In this document: in pieces, positions 26,331 to 35,688 of the stretch
Layout: every line of letters begins with the position of its first letter
Position numbering within the stretch: position 1 is the stretch's first letter
Source of the DNA: Gracilinanus agilis
Lineage: Eukaryota
Direction: 5' to 3'
Assembly (NCBI RefSeq): GCF_016433145.1
Contig: NC_058131.1
Location: forward strand, 696,779,087 to 696,842,971
Length of the DNA: 63,885 nt
Position numbers and translations under genes: made by a program
Notes under the pieces: model-generated
Seen by the model: the letters and a program-made list of their open reading frames with translations, nothing else
Databases searched by the model: none
Told to the model about the DNA's origin: nothing

Positions 26331-26721
26331 CGACGTCGCGTCGCTTCTGAATGAAGTGGAGCTCCCACTCCGCTGCCTCTGCCACCGCTGCTGCCGGTGC
26401 CCAGTTCGGCTAGGCTGATTGGAGCTGCCCGGGGCTGGGTCTGTTGGACTCCCACCGCCGCCCCCGCCTCCGCAGGTGCCGCCGCCAGGCCTGCCCTTGC
26501 TCTTTTGGCCGCGCACGGCGCCGGCCTCCCGCAGCTAGCGGGACGGCTTCTGGAGGCGGCCAGAGCTGGGCACCGATGGGCAGCGGGAAGAGCCCTCGCC
26601 CCCTCCCCACCTCCGCCGCCGCCCCTGCCCAGGGTCGCCCGTCCGGCTGAGTGGCGCCTTATCCCGCGCGTCCCCTGGCCGGCCCGGCGGGTGGACGGGC
26701 GGCAAGCTGGCTGGCTGGGGC

Positions 26722-26727
26722 ATGTAG
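26722..26727 (+). promoter_or_regulatory. Start-stop uORF (ATG-TAG) immediately upstream of the main ATG
   Basis: Sequence ggggcATGTAGgATGctc: the minimal uORF ends 1 nt before the CDS start at 26729. Confidence 0.6.
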
Positions 26728-26728
26728 G

Positions 26729-27061
26729 ATGCTCCCGGGTCCGAGCCTCCCGCGGCGGCGGCCCCGCCGGCCCCCGCAGCCTCCCCCGCAACTGCTCTGG
26801 CAGATGAATGCCGAGCTCTCCCCGCAGCCGCCGCCGCCCTGCCTGTGGATGGTGCCCAGCTCCGGGGGGGTCCTGCGGCTGGCAGCGGGGGTCATGCCCC
26901 CGCCGCTGCTCCTGCCCTCACCCCCCCAGCCACCGCCACCGCTGCTTTCGGGGGTGCCTGGTTGGCAAATGCCCTGCGAGCCCTCTTTCCTGCCGTTGGT
27001 GCCCGTACCCTCGGCGGCCGCCGATCCCCCAGCGCCTCAGTACCCCGTGCTGAACGAGCAG
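26729..27061 (+). CDS. TCERG1L: TCERG1L coding exon 1 (111 codons, Pro-rich N-terminus)
   Basis: ATG at 26729 (aggATGc) translates MLPGPSLPRRRPRRPPQPPPQLLWQMNAELSPQPPPPCLWMVPSSGGVLRLAAGVMPPPLLL...PAPQYPVLNEQ. This matches the recalled human TCERG1L N-terminus ([32 protein letters not shown]...HPFPALHGQ). It ends at a strong donor CAG|GTAAGC (27061/27062), phase 0. Confidence 0.93.
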
Positions 27062-27453
27062 GTAAGCATCGGCACCCCTTTGCCCCCTCTCCGTCCTCCT
27101 CCTCGTTCTCCTTCGGTCGAGGCTGCCCCTCCCGCAGCGGCCGAGGCGCCCTGGGGGGCTGCTTTGCTCTCCCGGGGTAGCATGCCGGCCGCACGGCTCC
27201 CTTTCGGCTCGTTCTCCCCCTCCTGGCGCTTCTCCTCCAGGGCTCTCGGACTTCCAGAAGGATCGGGGTGCAGCCTGGCAGGGAGCCCTCCGTCCCCACC
27301 CCCGAAAGTTCGTGCTTGGGGCCCCTGTTCTGGGTCTCGGGGGGTTACGAAATGCTTACAGGGCGGTTGGGGAACCCACATTAGAGCGGGGCCACCCCGC
27401 GATCCCGGAGAACCCACAGCGCTGGCCAGAACTTTCTTCTCCTGCCTCGGATT

Positions 27454-27480
27454 CGCTGTCCAGGAGGCAGCGGTGCTGAA
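27454..27480 (-). promoter_or_regulatory. Candidate non-canonical (split) REST/NRSF RE1 element in intron 1
   Basis: The minus strand reads TTCAGCACC-gctgcctcct-GGACAGCG. Both RE1 half-sites are perfect, with a 10-nt spacer instead of the canonical 2 nt. Confidence 0.6.
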
Positions 27481-27702
27481 GTTGCAGCCTGCTAGAGCCG
27501 CGGGCTGCAGCCAAGCACCCACCATGGCCGAGTTACACACGCCGAAGTTAATACTTTCCCAGTCCCTGGCAGACTTCAACAGCAAACCCGGGGACCTGCC
27601 AATCCACCCTTCTTGCTCCTTCCTCTCGGGGAGGGCATTTCCCAACCCCTTAAAACGAGACCCGAGGCGTTAGCTAAAGGGAATGGGATTCCACCGAAGG
27701 AG

Positions 27703-27704
<2 letters not shown>

Positions 27705-27772
<68 letters not shown>
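27705..27772 (+). repeat. (GT)34 perfect microsatellite at the 3' edge of the CpG island
   Basis: Direct read of the sequence. Confidence 0.97.
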
Positions 27773-27776
<4 letters not shown>

Positions 27777-28523
27777 GGGGGGCAGAGAAACGACGAGGAG
27801 CCATTTGGGGGAATGAACTGGTCACCCCGAATGCTTTCTAAATCGGCTCTCCTCGTCCTACGGCTGCCATCAAATTGTTTCCTGATCTATGGCACTTGGG
27901 AAGAGTTTGTCTCCAATACACCGAAGAAGAAGGCGAAGGCAGAAAAAAAGAGGGAGGAACAAGGATCAGGGAAGGAAGCAGGGAGAGCCGGAGAGCAGAC
28001 AGACCGAGACAAACAGAGAGACAGAAACTGGGCGAAACAGAGACAGAAAGACACGGAAACGGAGACAAGAGACAGAAAAAAGACAGAGGACAGTTTAAAT
28101 TGTGACCGAGTTCAATTAGAATAGAACAGAAGTCGCCTTTCCGTAAATGCTCAGTGAGTTGTCTTCTGGGTATCTATGCAGATACTACATTTTAGGGCAG
28201 CTCGCCCCATTCTCTGAGCATTAACTTCATTAGCATATTTGAATAAATGCTGTGCAAAACCAGGAGACTTCACCTCATTTCAGCTGCATCCTGTGAAACC
28301 GAGGCTTCCGCCCCTTCAGCCTTTGAAAAGTGGACCATCAGAACTGAAACTGAATCATGCATTGAGCTGTCGGGGATATTTTCATATTCGTCCAGTTTCT
28401 TTTTCGATTAGTTAAATAAACCTCGTAGCCCTTGCAACATTTTGGAGCTTGTCATGTCTGAATGCTACCACTAGAGGTATATAATGCCAAGGAATGAACA
28501 TTTTCTGTTTAGAAAGCTGCATT

Positions 28524-28555
<32 letters not shown>

Positions 28556-29541
28556 GAAGAAGAATTAGGAAAGAGGAAAACACTCGACTTTTGTCTTCCT
28601 TTCAGCTTTTGGAATTGCTATCAAATACTACATTTTAGAATCAAAAGAACAATGTTAAAATTGAAGAGCAGCTAGTATATATATGTATATGTAATATATA
28701 GTGTTATAGATATATGTATATATATTATGATCTTACAACTCAAATAGATATTGTGAGGGTTTTTCTTCCATTAAGGCATTTCTCTTCTTAGTTATTCACT
28801 GAAGGTTCAATTACATGTATATGAATCCTTTATTGAAAACCTGGAGATGTTCATACTCAATGTTAGTTTTTGCCATTATATTTTGTACATTAGGTCTTGT
28901 TAGTCATGTTAGGTTCAATAATGAGGTTATATTTTATTTGGAAGCCTTTTTCTTTAGAAACTTTAAGCCTCAACCTTTTTGCTTATTTTTAATGAGAAAA
29001 AATGTGTCATGAAAGGAAGTGTTCTTTGGGGAGTAGATGATCTTTTATTACCTTAAATTGGGGGAAATGGATCATTAATCCTGAAATCTCATGAAATATA
29101 GCATTTTTCATGTTTATCTAAACAATTCAATGGTGAAAGATGCATTTTACAATCTCTTTCCTGTATTGTTGACAATCTTTTTAATTTTTTTTTGGGGGGG
29201 AGGGTAGTTCATCACCTCATCGCTGTTGTCTTTATGATTGAAGTTAGTTTTCTGTCAGTATTCCAGAATGCAGTACTCAATATTGATTTGTATTATTACT
29301 AAACCAATATATTTATCATCATGTTCACTGTTCATGAATTGTGGCAGTCATTTAGCACTGCAGAGTGGGAAAATATATTTATTTTAATCACCTTAAAAAT
29401 ATAAATGTCTTTTGGTTTAAAAATAGTGGTTGGACTCAGAGACCCCTAAACAAACCAGAAGTGATTTAATCCCAAACATTGTGGATTTATTTTAGAATAA
29501 ACAGAATTTCAATTTCCCTCTTCTATTGTTTTGTTTTTTAG

Positions 29542-29688
29542 TGGATATTTGGAGCTCAGTCACCTGTGATAGGATTTTCTCCCTCTTCCAATGTGGATTT
29601 GATCCCCATTTTTCCCCAAGTATACACATCTGCTCTTCCACCTCCTGTAGGGAAAAGTTGGCTAGACAAGAGGATGCCCAACTGTAAG
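29542..29688 (+). CDS. TCERG1L: TCERG1L coding exon 2 (147 nt, 49 codons; start of WW domain 1)
   Basis: Acceptor ttgttttttag|TGG and donor AAG|GTAAAA. Translation [49 protein letters not shown] aligns to recalled human [49 protein letters not shown]. Phase 0-0. Not in the ORF track. Confidence 0.95.
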
Positions 29689-31138
29689 GTAAAAATGCCA
29701 AAAATTTAGTTGCATCAATAGATTTTAACTGTTAAATTATATTTATATATCTGTATATATATGTCACTACAGGGAAAAATATTTTTAATATAATTGCAAC
29801 ATAGCAACCATCTACCTAAACCCATGGACTCTAAGAATGCTTTATCAAAACTATCAATGTATTCTAGGGACTAAAACTCAAAATCTTACTCTTTAAAATT
29901 CAAAGCAATGGCTGTATTATTTTCCATTGGCATTTTGTTTTACTGGATTTTCCATTTGCTATTTTTTCTTCTTTGGGAACACGTACATTTAAGTTTTTTT
30001 TTAAGAATCTTTAAAATTACATGGAGAATGACAATATCAGGGATCTGTAATATATGTATGATACACACCTGCATGTATATATGTATGCATGTATTAAAAG
30101 TTAGGGATTCTTTCTACCAAAACAGAAGTCATCTTAGTGGACTCATTTAGATACTGTTGAAGGCTATGGAAGCCAAAGTGATTTGTCCATTCTCTCACAA
30201 ATAAAGGCAAAACCTTAACCCAGGCAAGTGTTCTGGTCTCTTCATCTGATACTATATTCGTTAAGCCTATAATGCCTCTCAATGGTTACATGTAATTATT
30301 AAAATAGTTGCTTTCCCTCTCCCCCACACTGAGCAAGCTTGGATCATTGTTTCTGCTTAGACAATGACAAGTGAAGCTACATTATTATCTCGATCCAAGT
30401 TTAAAGCACCCAAATAGGAAAAGGGTGTTTAGAACTGAAATCTGCATTTTGGCAAGCTACTTTGCCCAAAGATATCAGATTATTCATAACTCCCATTTTA
30501 TACAACACAGCCAAAGTTTTGCTTTCTGTGATGAAAAGTCTGAAAGTATAGCCCAATAGATCTCAGTGATTCATTCCAAGTCATGGCCAGGCTGGATCCC
30601 ACATCATTGTCTTATGACTCTTAACATGTATAACATCACTGAAAATAATAAATTGGGTACAATGGACTCCCTTTATTGCCTGGAAAAATGCCCATCACTT
30701 TTAGATTTCTTTGGCTTTCTATTTTATACTCATTGGCCTTGATTTCTAGACTCGGCCTTATTAGTATAAACAATCTACTTATTACCTCTGGGACAGTTCA
30801 TCATAATTCTTTTCGCTATCCAACTATAAGAATAGGCTTAACTATTGTTCTTTTATTCTCACATTTTGACTTCAATTTTGCTAGAATTTTCAAAACTAGG
30901 AATAGACGCAGGATAACAGATCCTGAATAGGAGATACTTTATCTCCATTAATTAAAAAGCAATCATTTCTTCTGAGTACAGTCAGAAAGGTTATCTTTTT
31001 ACACAATATGTAATGACCTGGAAATGCCCATCATTTTAAACCAATGTATGAAAGGACTAAATACATGTTCTTGTTAGAGTTTATTTTGTATATTATGATA
31101 ATTTACTTAAAAGATTTGTTTTGCTTTACTTTGGACAG

Positions 31139-31319
31139 ATCTATTTAAATAACACATTTGCTCTGGACTCCACTTGGATACATCCTGAGGAATCGAGATT
31201 GTTTCATGGACATGAAAAGCCACATTTAATGACAAACCAGGTGGCCATGGCTGTATCTAGGCCAGCCCCTGCCTCCAGGCATCTCCCCACAGTGGTGTTA
31301 GCACCTCAGCCTATACCAG
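31139..31319 (+). CDS. TCERG1L: TCERG1L coding exon 3 (181 nt; rest of WW domain 1)
   Basis: Acceptor tttactttggacag|ATC and donor CAG|GTTGGT. Translation [60 protein letters not shown](G) is close to recalled human [61 protein letters not shown]. Confidence 0.96.
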
Positions 31320-33884
31320 GTTGGTAAAAATGATGGTGATGACTTCTTTTCATCATCTTTTACTTCCTCGCACTGATTATTATATGGCATTCATTGTGAA
31401 TAGCAAATAGCTCGTATTTGTGGAAGCGTCACGTGGTGAAAACAGTCTATTCGAGTGGGCAGTGGAGAATCTGATATAAGGGAGCTGGATATGAGTTAGA
31501 TATTATCTTCATTAGCTGTCGTTTTCTTAGGACATAGAATGTGTTTGCAAGCAGAAGAGATGGATGAGATAACATATAGAGAATTTTTTAATCAGGGCTC
31601 TATTTTTAGAATTTGATCTTATCTTCTGTTGGCAGCTAATAATAGGGGATGCTTACTATTCAGTGAGCCCAGTAAAAACAACACACTTAAATGGGACAAT
31701 GAGCCTGAAATAACATTCAATAATTTGAATGCACAACTATATTTCAAATGTTTTAAAATCCCTACCCCTTTATGGTCATTCACAAGCAGTGTAGAGGCTT
31801 TCTATATGGGAACTAGACGAGATGGATTGTTTTGAAGAATAATGCAGTTCAGATTTTAAGTGTCAACGACCTAAAAGATGATTTGCTCTGGAAAAACAAA
31901 CAAATGAACCAAACCAAACTGAAACAAGCAACAACCCAGCAAAACAAATGACTTCATCCCTGCATGAAAGATCTTATATTAGCCATGTAATGATGAAGAA
32001 ATAATGAAATCCTCTATATTTAAAATCATTTAAATATATCCTGGACTTACATAGCATTATATTGTTCAAATAAATATTGAAACGATCAGCATCCTTGGCA
32101 ACCCCCTCCTATTATGTAATTGATTTTAATATTTCACAATTATATTAGCTTTGCTGCCATTTCCTTGCCATGTATTTTTAAATGCAGTAACAAGGAAATT
32201 TTCCTCTGGATCATAGAAAGTTCTGCTAAGGGAAATATTCATTTTTTATTGTTTACAAGCATCCCTTATGCTAATGAGCAATGAATCTTATTTAGCACTG
32301 AGTCATAGAGAACAATTCAAATGTTTTCTATTTTTCAAAGGTTGTAATGATCCTTGCCTGTAAGCTGCTGCCTTCTGTTCTTGCCTTTCTTAAATTATTG
32401 ATTAACTGTAAAGTAGATCAGGATCACATAGTTATATGTTTGTAAATATGTTTACAACAAAACAATTATGCTGCCTATTTGACTTTTACTCAGTGAGAGA
32501 GGATTTGCTTATTTGGATTCTCAGTTTATATTGTTTGTTTGAAGTTGGAGTCCAAGCATATGAGTAAACAAGGATTCTTGTTCCTATTTTATGGACTTCC
32601 TTAATAATAATATTATTGTGACTTTGGTAACTTGACATAATGAGAGTAGAGTCAGTGGCCTGATTCTTCCAAGTGCTCTAACAGAGTGTCTTAGGCATAG
32701 TAGGTGCTTAATAATGGTTGGTGACAGAATGGGTGAATGAATGAATATAAGCCATATATTCAGTGAAAGTATGCAGTTATCTTGGCCCTTGTTTGTTCTA
32801 TCAACGCCAACCCTAACCTTTTTGACTCTACTGTCCAATTTTAATCAGTGGCTTGTTTACCAAGTGAATATTAGGATCAATTTGAGTTCAATGATTTTTT
32901 TTATGACATTTGAACTACTGTAATAACTTTTATACAGTCAATTGTAGATGCATATGAACCTTCTTCCTGCAAAACTCTGTTCTATGATAAATATTTTATG
33001 ATGTCTATTTAAAGAATACGCTTATAGTTTTAAGCTTATGGTTTAAGGATTTTTTTAAATAACATATTGAAAAGGACAAAAAAGTGTCCTTTCTTGTTAC
33101 TCTGGTCTATCATTTGGGAAAATCTATTTTTTCTTCCCCTCCACCCTCTGTATTTTTCCTAATTTGAAAAACACAGGGGAATGTGGCTTCTACAGGTTTA
33201 AATAGTCTGGTTTTGAAGGAAATATACTTACTCCAGCAGAAATTTCAAGGACAGTGCACACATTTTGACTCAGTAAATACAGTGGAATTGAGTTGGATAT
33301 TAGCTGAAGCTGAGTTAAGCACCATCTCTTAATCATTAAGATTGGCTTCTAATCTCCCATAGACCACCAGGAGGGAGAATATGTACTAGCAGCGAGGTGA
33401 CTAAGTAGATAGAAGCCTGAGCTTAGGGTAGAGAAGATCTGATTTCAAATTTGGCCTCAGATACTTAGATTCTGTTTGACCACTGCCTTCCTCAGTTTCC
33501 TCATCTTTAAAGTGGGGAGAAATAACAACACTTCCCTCTCAGGGTTTTTGTTATGACTGAATGATATAATATTTATAATGTGTTTTCAAATTTTAAAGCA
33601 CCATTTAAATAATAGCTATCATTAATAAAATTATTTAAAATATTCCTTTAAATACCCATGAATCCAAAAGGCATGGAAGTGTCTGTTTATATGCTACTTA
33701 ACTACTAATGAGTAAGATACATCTAGGTAGGATGGACAGGTAAGAGAATATCAAAAGATCATGGAATTATAGAATTGAAAAAAAAATCTTAGTATTTATC
33801 ACCATCTAGAAGGCCACCATCACAATCTTCAACATAAGGCAATCAAGATGGCCTTAGAAGGTTTTTAATTGAACATTATTATTT

Positions 33885-34595
33885 AATTAATTTAGAATAT
33901 TTTTCCATATACATGATTCATGTTCTTTCCCTCCCTTCTGAAAGCCCCTCACCTGTAGTTGACATGCAATTCCACTGAGTTTTACATGTATCATTGATCA
34001 AGACCTATTTCCACGTTATTGATAATTACACTAGGGTGATCATTTAAAGTCGACATTCCCAAACATATTCCCATAAACCTACGTGTTAAAGCAATTGTTT
34101 TTCTTTTGTGTTTCTACTCCCACAGTTCTTTCTCATAAGTTCCTCACAATTGTCCTATGTCATTGCATTGTTGCTATGTCTATTGCATTCAATTGTGCCA
34201 CAGTGTATCAGTAAGGTTCTCCTGGTTTTGCTCCTTTCACTCTGCATCAATTCCTGGAGGTCTTTCCAGTTCACATGGAATTCCTCCAGTTCATCATTCC
34301 TTTCAGCACAATAGTATTCTATCACCAGCAGATACCACATTTTGTTCAGCCATTCCCCAATTGAAGGGCATACCCTTGTTTTCCAATTTTTTTTGCCACC
34401 ACAAAGAGCACAGCTATAAATATTTTTGTACAAGTCTTTCCCCTTATGGTCTCTTTGGGGTATAAACCCAACAGTGATATGGCTGGATCAAGGGCAGACA
34501 GTCTTTTAAAGCCCTTTGGGCATAGTTCCAAATTGCCTTCCAGAATGGTTGATCAATTTGCAACTGCAGCAGCAATGCATTAATGTCCCAATTTT
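33885..34595 (-). mobile_element. Marsupial L1 3' end fragment (intron 3)
   Basis: Translates to ORF2 C-terminal remnants (DPAISLLGLYPKE, CTKIFIAVLFVVAK, CPSIGEWLNKMWY) followed by 3' UTR. Boundaries approximate. Confidence 0.85.
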
Positions 34596-35306
34596 TGGCC
34601 TTAGAATTTAAGATTATTTTTAAATGATCACAAGAATAGGACAAACTACAGATTGAAGGTGACCTTAAGAGATCTTTGAGCCTTCAGACATGCTACAGTC
34701 CTTAGGATATTTTTCCCTATGCTTCACATTCAACTTTTCCAGGATACTTTCATAGTAGATTATGATTACAGATGAAATAGAATCCACTGCACTCACAGAT
34801 TAAAATTAAAATAAAATAATAGAACTATTGAGAATTTAATAATAGGGAAGGATAAATTAACATAATGGGAAAGGGACTGTATGTATGATCTTACAATTGA
34901 ATTTGAGTATGGAACTAAGGAACTCTCTTTATCAATGAAGATTAAAATTTTCTCTTCAACTTATCATCTTAGCTTTTTTCCTAGAGTGCTACAAGTATAA
35001 ATGACTTTTCTAGGGTCACACAGGCAATGCATGTGACAGATAAGATTTGAGTCCAGTTTTTTATGGTTTTGAAGTTAGCTCACATTCATGATGCAGTGCT
35101 ACCCATTAAATATCAAGCTAAAAAACTTCAGAGGTCATCTAGCTCTATGCATAACCAAACAAGTATTGTCTATACAACATTTGCTTGAAGAGCTCAAGTG
35201 AGGGAAACTGGCTATTTCCCAAGGCAGCTCATTCAACATTTTAATGCTGCATGGGCAACCCTGTTATATTGGCTTTTATGATGTTGGTTTAAAATAGTTG
35301 GTTACA

Positions 35307-35688
35307 TGTAAACTTGAATGACCTCCAGAAATTGATGTAGAGTGGAAGGAGCAGAACCAGGAGAACATTGTACACAGAGACGGATACACTGTGGTCCAAT
35401 TGAATATAATGCACTTCTCTACTAGCAGCAATTCAATGACCCAGGACAATCCTGAGGGACTTATGAGAAAGAACACTATTCACATCCAGAGAAGGAACTG
35501 TGGGAGTAGAAATGCAGAAGAAAAGCACTGCTTGATCACATGGGTCGACAGGGACATGATTGCAATTACCCTAATGCAAATAATAATATGGGAATAGGTC
35601 TTGATATTGAAAGAACATGAATCATGTAACCATGGAAAAATATTCTAAATCAATTAATTAAATAAAAATTTTCAAGTTAAAAAATAAT
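35307..35688 (+). mobile_element. Short 5'-truncated L1 with 16-17 bp TSD
   Basis: TSD aaaatagttggttaca (35291-35306 / 35689-35704) at a TT/AAAA endonuclease site; L1 3' UTR and A-rich tail. Confidence 0.88.

Larger units (their letters stand above)
25660..27680. promoter_or_regulatory. TCERG1L: CpG island / TCERG1L promoter and first exon
   Basis: Abrupt switch to GC- and CpG-rich sequence in a CpG-depleted window. GC box GGGGCGGGGC at 26322-26331; ATTGG (reverse CCAAT) near 25789 and 26418; palindrome GCGACGTCGC at 26330-26339. Overlaps coding exon 1. Boundaries approximate; the TSS cannot be fixed from sequence. Confidence 0.9.

Noticed and set aside
25609-27673. About 20 overlapping Pro/Gly/Arg/Ala-rich ORFs on both strands in the CpG island, including the 340-aa ORF from GTG at 26651
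   Set aside because: Expected from stop-codon scarcity in GC-rich DNA. Only 26729-27061 has homology and a splice donor; the GTG start has weak context.
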